64,000 bases of DNA, from positions 1,178,001 through 1,242,000 of the forward strand of contig OU015567.1 of NCBI GenBank assembly GCA_907165135.1. The letters are read 5' to 3'. The position numbers and the translations under genes were made by a program. Of this stretch, positions 49,014-61,014 are shown in pieces (positions within the stretch are counted from its first letter, which is position 1; every line of letters starts with the position of its first letter). The notes under the pieces are model-generated. The model did no database searches, was not told the DNA's origin, and was given only the letters and a program-made list of their open reading frames with translations. The stretch comes from Oikopleura dioica. Taxonomy: Eukaryota; Animalia; Chordata.

Positions 49014-51593
49014 ATGGCGATCTTCAAGATCAACTGCTTTAACAAAAAAATGGTCGTCAAAAACCGATCCTCAAATTCAAACTCAAACTCGGATCTTTCA
49101 CTCGCAGACAAGTGTATTCAAGAAGCTGAGGAAAAAGAAAGATCCCAGAGATTCTCGAAACTCGATGAAAATGATGAAACGAAAATCGAGGGATCAGCTT
49201 GCAGACAAGATGAAGACGATGTACCAAAATGGGTCAATGAACCAATCAGATTTCCTCCGACCCTAACCACCGACAGTTTTGACAACCATGAGCTTCTGGA
49301 ATCTCCCAACCTTCGGCTTCGAAAACCTGCAGCTATCAAACGATCTGGCACCGCGGAAACAGAAGCAGAATCTAACTGCGATTTCAAGGATCACTCCAAA
49401 TGCAAAAGAAAACCCATTGGCAAACAGCTTGTAGGTCAGGTTACTAATATTCAAACATACGGTTTTATAACCCGATTCCGTTGTGTTAGCTAAACATATG
49501 CTTAATTAAGTAACTGAGTTAAGTTCTGACAAAGATGTTAATATTTTATCTTGTATATTTATGCATTGGCGCTCTTGCTTTTAGTCACATGGAGTCTGAC
49601 GCAGAAACTAAACGGTAATTACAGACATGACAGTAACTGCGACACAATAACCTAAATAACACGAAAATAAGGTGCAATAAGGCAGTGACAAACGTAGCCA
49701 GCAGTAAAAACGACTTCACTACAAAGGTAAACGGAAAAAATTAACAAGTCTTCATGATGACTGATTTTAGTATTTCTACATATTTGGGCTGAATTTAAAA
49801 TTCTGCCGAGCCATCGACGAGTTTGTCGAAGGCCGCAGCGACGAATATTTGGACGCGAATCAGAAGATGATGAGCTTTTTCTTTACTTGGAGAGCGTCAA
49901 GTAGGGGTCGATTTGATTCTATAAAGGACCATTGATTGATTCTAGATTGCTCAAGGGAAATGGAAAAGCCGATTTGGGAGGCGGTCCAGGCGGAACCAAA
50001 AGAGCTTATTGATCAGGAATTGAGTCGAAAATCGTCTAAAAAACCAAATTTTCAGATAAAGGCGATTTAAACTTGAGGCTCAAGTCTTGAGCAAATAAAA
50101 ACTCATCAAACAGTACGTCACGACTTGGAGAAACATTTCCCAACTGAAGCTCGCTGAAAATTTCGACCACGAAATTCTGATTGTTTCTGGAAGAACTATG
50201 CGAAGAGTGATTCAAAGAACTGCCCAATTCGGGATCAATAATTTTCTCGCTCTGAAGACGGATTGTACTGATAACTGGAATTTCCACAACTCATTTTTCT
50301 TCGCTGGTACAGTTGCAACTACGATTGGTTATGGAAGCATCACGCCAAAAACTGAAGGGAACGGCTTTCATTTCTAAGAAAGAGGAATAATTTTCGCAAT
50401 TTTTAAGCCTCGAAAAAGAAGGAAAAGCATTTTGCATCGTCTTCACCATGATCGGCATCCCCTTTTTCGCCTTCATGGTTAATCGAATATCCGACTTGAT
50501 CATGGAAAGCTTAAAATTTCTGAAACGAACATTGAACTTTGGCAAATTCGTCCTTCATTTGACTTACATCGGGGTCGGTTTCGTCGCTTTGATTTTCATA
50601 CCTGCCAGAATTTTTATGAAAATCGAGGGATGGTCTGCTCTTGAAGCGGTTTATTTTATCATTGTTTCGCTGACAACGATTGGTTTTGGCGATTATTCGC
50701 CGCGAATGGACCCGCCAAAGGAACAAGGTGAGAAAGGTGGTTGAAATCAAGGAAGACTAACCCCTCTTCAGCGTATTCGAAACACAACGAAACCGCCTGC
50801 CTTTTCGAGCTGATCAATCCGATTCCCTCTCGAAATGTGAATGTAGAAACAGGGCTGACGACAAGCTGTGACAAGGACAAATGGAGCGATTCCCTTCAAA
50901 AATCGTATAATATTTACCGAGTCGCAGTTTTTCTCTGGATTTTGATCGGGCTTTCTTGGATTGGTGGTGTGGTTAACATAATTACAAATTTCTTCCATAC
51001 TGGAATGAATGATATGAAGTTAGACAAATTCTAAGACGAAAAATTCATCATTTCTAGGGCTCCAAAACTGCATCTAAAACGCACGTTTATTTCGGATTGC
51101 TTTGTGAAATACTGCATTCCCGCGAACTACAAGCATTTATGCTCAAAAGAGCAGCTCAAATGGACAACTTATGCGACCCCAGCGCCAAACTCACCTGGTG
51201 CTTCGAGAAAAAGAAACACGAAAACAATGCTGATGGTCGATTATGATGGGACAGATAATTCTTATCATAGGTAAGCTCCTTTCTGTGAGAATTATTTATT
51301 ACGCCGAAGTTTAGCTGCTCAAACTGACCAATTTTCTTGAAGAAAAACAAAAGAAAATCACTTTTAAGAAAATCTTCCATGTTTATAAAATATACGAAAG
51401 AAATTTGAATAAAATATATCCGAAAAACAACTCGGAATAACCAGGAGACAAAGTGGTATCATCTTCTAGCTTCTCAAATTTTTCAAGCTCCAAGAAAAGC
51501 GACAACGTTGAGGAGACAACTGTGCTATCGCGGTTTAACTTGGTGGCGCAAGGAGGAAAACACTGCGGTCGGCGGCGACGGAAATTTCATTAA
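49014..51593 (+). CDS. KCNK: Two-pore-domain potassium channel (K2P)
   Basis: TM1 [16 protein letters not shown] (from 49535), pore 1 [28 protein letters not shown]2 [14 protein letters not shown], pore 2 [26 protein letters not shown] and TM4 [10 protein letters not shown]. The link to the 49014-49480 N-terminal ORF and the last exon (stop 51591-51593) is inferred. Confidence 0.88.
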
Positions 51594-51918
51594 TTCAGAA
51601 TTTCAAGTTTTTGTTTTTTCTTGCTTGTTGTTGTTCGTGCCGTGTTCACGAAAATAATAAAAAACGCAAGTTTATCGGAAATTTCGTTTTTCAAAAAACA
51701 AATTCATTTTTACGAAAAGGGAAAAAACAAGAAGAAACGCGATTTGCTTATTTTTCATTTTTGAATTTTTGGTTTGGTGAGTCGCATTTTATTTTATTAT
51801 TGACAAGCATTATAAAAAAACTTAAAAATGTACATGAGGTTTTGAAAAAGAAAGGATGTTTCACAATATTTAAGCTTGAAGAAAGAAAAGAGATCCGATT
51901 CGCGAATTCTGGCAGATT

Positions 51919-54900
51919 TCAAACGAGTGTTTCGCGAATTTGCTTCAGTTCTACTTTTGAGTCCATCTTTGTTATCGGTTTCTGCGGCTTTTTGAGCGGC
52001 TTCAAACTCGACTCGGAAGCGCCCATGGAGCTGACGGCTGAATCGGAGTCTGGTAGACTGGAATCCGAGTCGAATTGGCTCGATTCGTATTTGGCGAGTT
52101 TTTGAGGATTGGATAAGGAAAGGTCGACTTTTCGAAGCTCAAAAATGTTTTCGTTAAAAAATTTATGGAAAAGCCGGGAGCGGCTTTAAATCTTAAATTT
52201 TGAAAAAAGAAAAATTTCGAGCTGATTCCTGATTCACTGAAATTGCCGCCATCGCTTGACTGGGATTTTGTCGATTGGACTTCCAAGTGCTCCATTTTCT
52301 GGGAAGCGTGTTTGGAGTTATGCGCGTAAGCAAGGATCTGTTCCTCGAGCTCCTCGACGCTTCCGCTCGCGCTTTGTATCGCTAGCTTCTCAAGCATAAG
52401 TTTTCGAGTCAAAATGCAAGAGTCCAGTTGCTCCACTTCCAGCGACAGCATGTCGGATTCCGCCGCCAGCCTGAAATTTAACAGTCAATTTTCGATTTTA
52501 AAATGAAAATGATGAAAAAATTTCGAAGCTTTTGAAATTTAATCCGACTTTTCAAAAACTAATCCTTCCAAAATTTTTGAAAATTACCTGAGATTGACAA
52601 ATAAATGAGCCTCAATTTTCGTCTGAATAATCCTCGACCGCTCGATTTGCTCCTGAGTCAGCTCAATTTCCTTCGGCAGCCCCTTTCTCTTCTCCGAGGA
52701 AATGCTCGAATTGAGACCTGCTTCGACATGTTTTACGCTGGAAATTCGCTCGTCAATCAGGCCAACTTGTTCTGTTAGATCGTCGAGCTCGTCTTGCATC
52801 GAAATGATTTGAAGGGCGTGTTCGATGGCGGCGATTTCGGAGGAAACGGAGGACTCGAGAGAGGTGAGTTTGTCGAGTTTTTCTTGGAAGGCGACGCACT
52901 CTCCGAGGACTCCGCGACGGGCGATTTCTGAAAGAGAAGATAAATAACAGTTTTGGGCGTTTTATTGGGCACAAGTTTTTTGGGCATTTTCTTGATTTTC
53001 AAATTTTTTTTGACTCAAATTTTGGGGACTTGTCAGGAGCCCACAAAAAACCCCGACAAATTTTACGCGGAAATTTTTGACCAATCAGAAGCCTTGATTC
53101 GGCCAACCGGCCAATCAGCAGTCGAGAAGCCGTCCACGCAAAGATTTTTCGAGATTTTTGTCCATTCGTGACATCACCCGAAATTTTTGACATTTTTTTT
53201 AGAAAATTCTAGTTTCCAAATTTTCGACTTCGAAAAGCGCTAGAATATGATTTTTTCTTGCTATTTGCTAACAAATGCAATTAACAACAGTCGCCACCAC
53301 AAAAGGAAAGGGCCAAGGAACTGAGGACTTTCTTTGGCCTTCTTTTCTAGAGCAATGCGGATGGATTGATGTGGCGGCGCTCCATTGAGTCGCCAGAAAG
53401 TCGCTCTTGTTATCAAATTGCTTTTGGGAAAATAATTTTGCGGTCTTTACTTTTCTGATTAGAAAGCAGCCAGCGATCGTGAAAGACACTTACTATTATC
53501 GGGTAAAACCAATTTTTGGAACTAATTTTTATGGAAAGGGTTTTTATTGGCCGGTAGGCCAAATACAGCAATCTTATTGGGAATCCAAAAATACACTTCC
53601 AAAAATTGGTTTAGTCCCTATTATCGTCATTTTGATACCGATAGCAATAGAAAACCTAGAATCGCCGCTTGTATAAAATCAAACAATGGGAAAAAAGCCT
53701 GAGTCAGGGCCTGAATTAATCGAATCTTTATAAGTCGAAAATGGAAAGACTATTTTAGTCCAAAATATTGCGCATTTCCCAATCCACTTTGAATTTGTCA
53801 ATCCTGCCCAGAGACTTGCGCTTATCCCTGGTCACCACAATATACAAGTGCCTGTCGGGACGTGGCTTCGCAAGAAAGAAAAATACTGTAAGATTACCTT
53901 CTTGATTCGCTTCTTCTTCATCCGAGTTCGACGAGCTTGAGGACGAGCCAGACGAACCAGTTGTCGAATTTGATGCTCCGGAAAAATCGGCGCTGGAGCC
54001 AAAAGTGTCGGAAGAAGTTGTCGTTGTTGTTGTTGAACCAGATGTGGCGGCGGAGGATTCCAGGAGGGCGATAACAGGGCCGTCGATAAAGGTTTCCTAG
54101 AAGAATTTGAAGAATAACTTTCATGAAAATCAATTTTTCTCAAAAAAAATCTTTTTTTTTTGACCAATCAAATAACTTTTAAAATGCCTTTGGCGAATAA
54201 GAAAGCTCGATTTAAAAATTTTTAATTTAAAAAAAACATTGAGAAAATCCGAGTTTCTTATTGGATAAGTGCCTCTCTCGGGCATTTTTATTGGGGGAAA
54301 ATAAACAGAGAAAATTCAGATATTCAGGCTATTTTTTGAAATAATCTTTGCTTTTTGAAGCTGATTTTTTGGCAAATGTTTCGGTTTAACATTTTGAAAG
54401 AATCGCAGTTTCTAAACGACATTTCAGTTGTCGCATCTGGAAATGCGTGAGGGAAGCTAAGGCGCTGTACTGAATATTCTTCTTGTTTGAAATGATGCGC
54501 TCACTTTGTCTTCCCGTGGACTTTCCTGATAATTTAACGGAAAAGCTCTCTTTTAGAAATTGAAAAGAAGGTTAATCCTTCAATTTTTTATAAAGTACTC
54601 TAAAATCTTATCAGTCGAATTTGGCTGGATATTACGCGAGTCGAGATCAAATTTTAAAAATCGTGCGGTTTTAACCCCTAGACATCGGTCATCGTAACGT
54701 GGCTTCGCGTGCAATTATCGGCAAGCTGAGGCTCTAATGCTGAATTTTAATTCATTCTCAGTTGAAATTGAAATTTGTGGAAATGGTTATTTCTGCTTAT
54801 TAAGATTTTATCTGTAAAATGATGATCAATTACCAACGAGGTTAAATTTCGTAGATTTCTCAAAAAAATTGACACTTTCAAAGGGATACCCTTAAATTTG

Positions 54901-56503
54901 AATATCCCCTAAAGGTCAGGGTCGATAACCTGTGTGGAAACCTGACTCAGGGTTCTGAAAAACCTTTAGTTAAAAGCTGCTTGAAAATTTCAAAAGGCCA
55001 TTTTTAGAGAAATGCGCAGCTTTTCGACTGAAGATTTTTAAGGACCCTGAGTCAGGTTTCTACGCAGGTAACCGAAGCCAAATAAGGGTGTATCACAACT
55101 AAATTCAGTCAATTTCGAGCTGATTGAGCTTTTATTTATCCAAAATAATCGCAAATTGTGAATAAAATGACCCGCTGTTGCGCGCCTTAATTGCCCTAGA
55201 ATTGCATTATCTAAGCCTTGCCGATGTTTCAATATTGTCAAGATAACGTTGTGCCACGTTTCGAGTATCTCGCCGTTTGACGAATTATAGAATAGTCGCT
55301 TCTTGCGTTGCGACATTTCAAATAAATTGATGGCGATAAAAATAGAAGAGCGGACCAAGAGACGCTCGAGTACCGAAAAAAAGAGCGGAATTGAAAATAA
55401 TTAATAAAAAGAGTGTTTTTCTGTTTAAATTTGGCATCAATAAATAATCGAAAAAAACGAGAGTTATTTTGTGTTCGGCAAAACATGTCAAATGTGAAAG
55501 AGAACACGTGAATTCGGTGTTAACAGGAGATCATTAGTGTTCATCGGATTTGTACACCGTCATTTCAAAATAGAAAATTTCATGAAGAAGGGGTGCCTTC
55601 AAAGGGCCTTTTCAGTTTTTTAATGAAAGCCCTTGATCCAGTGAAAAAAATGGTTCTCACCTTGGCTCCGATGAAATTTGGGCGCTTTCGACGGGTATTC
55701 TTCCGAAGACTCTTGCTCGGCTGATTGTGGCGGAAAGAGATTGAAGAGTTCTTCTTGAGATAAAACTTGACGAACGGCTGCTCGGCTTTCCACGATTTCC
55801 AGACTTAACGAAAAATATCAAAAAATATCCTTCATTAGCACATACCATAAAAAGTCGAAAAAATGGATTTTTATACATTTTAAAAAAAATTTCAATTACT
55901 GGAAAAAATATGTAACGATAACTAATCTCTGTATGGGCAGATCCGTTTTTTTTATCATGATACAACAAGTTTGACTTTCGAGAAGACACTATCCATTTTT
56001 CGTATTTACGAATTTTTAATAAAAGAGAGACACTCAAATTTTTATTTTGAGAAAAGACAACTGAAAAATCGATAAGGCTCGTTTTTTCAAGTCCTGCTGA
56101 GTAGGAGCTCGAGTGGCTAGCTTGTCAACGTTCAATTCTCAGCATTTTCGTCGTGGCTCATCATAATTTTTTTCGTGAATAAAAATACGCGGCGGTGCAT
56201 TTTGGATTTATCGGTTTTAACGCCGCGCAACACGAATCCAACACCGTGAATCTTTCGTGGAAAGCGGCGATATGCATTTTTGAACAAACCTTTGAGCAGT
56301 TTTGTCCTCGGCGGGAGGGGGCGTTCGATGCCGCGCCAGGACTCGACGATGACATAATTTCTGTTATCGAGAGTTGCTCCCGACGCGTTATACTCGCAGC
56401 TGTCCATCGCCAGCGCGCCGATAACTTCGTTTACCGTTGTTCGCATCGTCAAATTCCGGATCTGCTTTTCTTCTTTCCCGAACCACACGGTTACGTCTCC
56501 CAG
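51919..56503 (-). CDS. RASSF9/10: N-terminal Ras-association domain protein, RASSF9/10-like
   Basis: RA domain VWFGKEEKQIRNLTMRTTVNEVIGAL..YVIVESWRGIERPLPPRTKLLK|VWKSWKAEQPFVKFYLKK; coiled-coil exons at 52240-52930; DSDSAVSSM motif and C-terminal ETLV*. Middle exons partly unresolved; a candidate first exon lies at 59103-59228. Confidence 0.85.
53024..53179. mobile_element. MITE family A copy (intronic)
   Basis: Two CCAATCAG boxes; degenerate TGTCAGG / GTGACATCACCC ends. Confidence 0.75.
53501..53618. mobile_element. MITE family B copy (intronic)
   Basis: GGG.AAAACCAATTTTTGGAA ... CTTCCAAAAATTGGTTTAGTCCC inverted termini plus the family core. Confidence 0.8.
54917..55080. mobile_element. 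MITE with ACCTG.GT.GAAACCTGACTCAGGGT termini, related to the 33390-33620 foldback
   Basis: Inverted repeat ACCTGTGTGGAAACCTGACTCAGGGT / ACCCTGAGTCAGGTTTCTACGCAGGT. Confidence 0.65.
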
Positions 56504-56576
56504 CTTAATTAAGGCGGTTAGCGTTTAGTTCACTTCAAGCATCAAGAAAATTTCAAGAGCTTCGTCTTGATTTTAA

Positions 56577-56962
56577 GGGGGTAGAAACAGCTTTTTTCCG
56601 AAAACGGCGATTTTTGACCGGCGCTACAGACAAGAGAATCTTACATTTTCAAATTTTCTCTTTAGGTTTAGATAGATACATCTTAGATCTAAGAACATCT
56701 CTCTCGAAATTTGTTTTAGTCATCAAATTTTTGAGTAAGCGGGCTCAGAAGCAGCTCATCTCTCCGAAATTCTCGATATTCGCAAATTTTTAAACACGTT
56801 TATCTCGAGTCCCCTGATAATTAAACAAATTTCATTCACATTTTTGTGAAGCTTAACCCTTTTTCTAGGAACATTTATGAGGAAATTTCGTGAACATAAA
56901 TAAATCTTATGTTTTCTTTTATGTTGCTGCAGTCCAAGATAGAGAAAGCTGTATCTACCCCC
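56577..56962. mobile_element. TTAA-flanked MITE with GGG termini (Kolobok-like)
   Basis: 17-bp TIRs GGGGGTAGA(A/T)ACAGCTT; TTAA at 56573-56576 and 56963-56966. Confidence 0.82.
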
Positions 56963-58317
56963 TTAAAGCTAGAAAAACATGATCATAAAAATCAGTTTTA
57001 ATTTCAAATTGGAAAAAAAATATAAAAAAATAAAATGAAGAAACAAGCTTTAAGGGTGTAGTAGTCGATTAAGCCAATTTCGCTGAAGATACCCTTAATC
57101 CTAGTTTTTCTGATAAAACTCGATTTTTAACAGAGTGACACCCTTATTTCTTTTTTTTCTCAAGCCACCCTTAACCCTAACCTGATGACACCCTTAACCA
57201 AATTCAAAATCTTTGCAGAAGAGGTCTGAATTTGAACATTGTCATTTTTCGACTCTAAAAAGCCGTGGGAACACATTTTGGAAACAAGCGCGTAAAACCG
57301 GCGGTGTAAGACTTTGAGGCAGCGGGCGGCGAATTTTAAAATTGTGCGGGAGATTATGACGGGATTGAGGTCACTTTTTGTAAAGTAAACGAGAAAGGTG
57401 GGAAAGTCGGTAATACAAGTCGCGATTTGCAAAACGTGATGGATTACGGTGAAAATTGAAGTTAGGATTTGACGGTCGAATTTAAGGGTATCGAGAAGGA
57501 TTTTTCTTTGTCGCGAAAATTCTGAGTTTTATGGGCTTATATACCCTTACGAGTAAAATCCGGCTTTTACGGAAATTTTTGAGGGAAAAAAAATCGTGTG
57601 GGGGTCCCTTAAGTATTATTTGATAATAAAGCTGAGTAAGCCCAGAAACGAAAACATTAACTTGCTTCGGGATGATTTGGAAGGTCCCTTAAAATAGCGG
57701 GGCTGAGTAAACAACAGGCATAAAACAACATTCCAGGCCCGTTTTTTTCATTCCCAAGCAAAGGACGCTAATCCCTTCGCAAAGTTTAGACCTCCAGCTC
57801 TCCTATTTGGATAAACAAATCAATGTTCACGGCGCCGCAAATCGCGATATCGCCATGTCCATCTGCCTTCCGTTCACCAAATTAATTTTTAATTCGCTCT
57901 TGAATCAAGAACCTCGATGGCCTAAAAATTGATAAACAAATAAAGTCGGAATTCCGCATTTTTCATTCGAAATCGTGAATATTCCCCTTTTTTTTCTTCC
58001 CGCGAAATACAGTTAAATAAAGTAAGCCCTCAAAAAACAGCGTCAAACCACATTGAAGTGGCTCGACCCAGCCTTGTCAAAATTTTACGAAAGTCTTGGC
58101 GGCAGCTACGAAAGCTAACCCAACAGGGCTTACGCTAAGCCCCTGTGTAAACTCTATCCCTTCATTTTTTACTCGGCATTTTCCAATTCAACGCTTCTAT
58201 GCGAAATTCTCGAAGAATTCGAGGGCTGGGGATAAATCCTTAGAAGGAAACCTTATTATTTTCAAAGAAGGAGATTACGCAGAAATTTTAGACAGTTTAT
58301 TTTGCACAGGATTTTAA

Positions 58318-58851
58318 GGGTATCAACAATGAAAACTTAAAATTGAAATCTTCTTAAAAATTGTTTATTTTTAAAGGCAATATCAAATTTTTCAAATAAG
58401 AATTCAAGCTACAAAAATTTTACTCAAAAATATCACCTGGGAAGCCCTTAAAAACCCTTCCGCTTATTCTAATTTTCAATTTTCCGCAAATTAGCGCATC
58501 AAAAAGCTCCCCTAAAGTTCGCCATTTCGCCTGGCCTATATCACCCGCCTTGCCTAAATATTGCATCATTTGAAAAGAAAACCCAAGGGCCCTTGAACGC
58601 CCAATCATCGCGCTGCGCGCAATTTGAAAATCAATGGCGCGCGAAATTTAGGGGCTTCGAATCCTGCTTTTTAGAACCTTCGCTTCTTTTACTTTTCGAG
58701 GCGATTATGTAATCTTGAATCTTGATAAAAATAAAGATCAAAAAGATGTCTTTTGAAGAGCTTTCCAAATTGAAAAATTAAGGGTATCAAAAGCCTTTTT
58801 CAAGACCTTCTGTTTTGCTCTGAAAATTCCCAATTAAAGTGTTTGATACCC
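58318..58851. mobile_element. TTAA-flanked element with GGGTATCAA termini
   Basis: TTAA-GGGTATCAA at 58314 and again at 58779, TTGATACCC-TTAA at 58843-58855; nested or alternative ends. Confidence 0.55.
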
Positions 58852-59482
58852 TTAAATTCGCAAATTTCGTCTTATGAAATATTTAGGGACTTTTCTCATT
58901 TCCATTTTACCTTGTCAAAATCTGGTTTTCTTGAACATAAATATCCTTTCAAAAATATTTATTCGACTTTTACAAACAAGCTTTTCTCTATTTCGGAAAT
59001 GAAAAATTTCAAAAAACTCAAACATATAAAACAAGGTGTGAAAATCGTCCAAAACAAACAAACCCGAAAATTTGAAATAAGGGTCTCTCTCTTTTAACTC
59101 ACCACTTCTGGTTTCCGACGAGTCGTTTTTCCAGGCCGAGGTCTTCTGCTTCCAGTCGTTTTCATGAAATCTCTCGGTTCTGGATCATGGTCTTTCAGCT
59201 TTTCTCGCGTCTTCTTTACTTTCTCCATCTCTTTCTTGGGGTTGGAAAAATTTGCTTTTAGAAATTTGAAATTCCGGGATTTTCGTGTTTTCAAAAAAAC
59301 TTTTGAGCGCGCGCTCGGGCGATGCGCGAAAGGGACGGAGAGCGCGGCCGCTAGGGGGTTTCGCGATCGGCGGACCCCTGTTTTTCAATGCGCGCGTAGA
59401 ATGAAGAACGCATCGGAAATGGGCGCTAGCGCGAGTTTTCTGGAGAGGATGACTTTTTTGGTCATTCCGTCACAAAAAAAGA

Positions 59483-59725
59483 GGGCTAAACCAATTTATG
59501 GAAGGGAATTTTCGGATTACCAATAAGATTGCTGTATTTGGCCTACCGGCCAATCACAACCTTTTCCATAAAAATCTGTTCCAAAAAACTCGTTCTACCC
59601 GAAAAAAGAGGGTTAAACTAATCTATGGAATTAATTTTATGGATCAACGTCTGATTGGCCGGCTGGCAAAATACAGCAATCTTATTGGTTATCCGAAAAT
59701 ACACTTTCATAAATTAGTTAACTCC
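59483..59725. mobile_element. Two adjacent MITE family B copies in opposite orientation
   Basis: 59483-59600 has the core CCAATAAGATTGCTGTATTTGGCCTACCGGCCAAT; 59610-59725 has its reverse complement. Confidence 0.75.
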
Positions 59726-60897
59726 AAAAAGACGATAGTCTTAGGTTTGATTTCTGATAAATGGATTCACTTATGATAAAGATCATGTCCTTATTCATGT
59801 TTTGTCGTATCTTTGGCAAGGTACAAGCTTGAAATCAAGTTGAAATGTGAAAAGATGGAGGTTGATTCAATGAGATTATGCGAAGGCGACTCTCTGATGC
59901 GAATAAGAAACGCTCGATTATGCAGATGGGATGAGTTGAGAGAAGCAGCGCCAGAACAAGCGTGTCACCGACTCGCCACTTGTCATTCTAATTTTCAGGC
60001 GAGATATAATTTTTTAAACCACATATTTGAACTTGCACGCTTCTGGGTCTTCCAGTAGAGTTTCTCCTGGAATAAGTCTCGGCGGCATACTGGAGGATCA
60101 ATACAGGCCTCTTCCTTCCTGTTTCTTCAAAGAACTCTCGAGTCAGCGAGCATTTCCTGTTTTGACTCTTGAGATCAAATCGACTCAAAACAAGCCATGT
60201 GACCGAATAAGGCGAACCCTATTCACAAAATCAAGTGGTTCGAGCGATCTTCGAATTCAAATCTCGAATTTCAGAATTTTTATTTTCGATTCGAAAATTT
60301 CGAAGCCAGAAAATCTTAAAGTTTCAAGAGAATTTAGAATTTTAACAGTCTTATTTTCTGTTTTGAAGAAAAATTCAAGCTGGCTTTTTTGAGAAATTTT
60401 TTAATTAGCCAAGGTGCCAAATAATTTGGCGTGAGACCAGTTTCGCGTCTTTTGAAGTCGAAAAAAGTTAATCACTCGAAGAAAAAATTCCCTTTGTTGA
60501 AATGGCCCAACAAGGCTATTATTTTTCCTCCAGGAAGTTTTGTTGACACTTTGATAAATGTATTACCGCTCGGAAGGAGCATTTTTAATGAAGAATTTAA
60601 CAGATGAGAAGAGTTTCATTCGGACAACGAAAAAAGGATAAATTGAAAAACAATCACTGATTGACGGTTTCGTGTTAATTAAACTTTTGCTTATTTTTGC
60701 AGCAAATAGCTCCGCTATCTAAAAGCTGTTTCGTTTTCTGACGAGCGAAAAATCATTAATTTCATTCTTGAACCTCGACTGCAAGATTTCATGAAGACCC
60801 GGAGAAAGATTCAGTTAGTTTTGAAAATTTTGTCAAAGATGTCGACGATTTTTTCGTTTTAGTCAAAAAGTAGAGAATCAAATTTTTCGGATAAATC

Positions 60898-61014
60898 GGA
60901 CTAAACCAATTTTTGGAAGTGAGTTTTTGGATTACCAATAAGATTGCTGTATTTAGCCTATCGGCCAATCAAAACCCTTTCCATAAGAATTTGTTCCAAA
61001 AATTGGTTCTTCCC
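60898..61014. mobile_element. MITE family B copy
   Basis: GGACTAAACCAATTTTTGGAAG ... TTCCAAAAATTGGTT; family core present. Confidence 0.8.
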
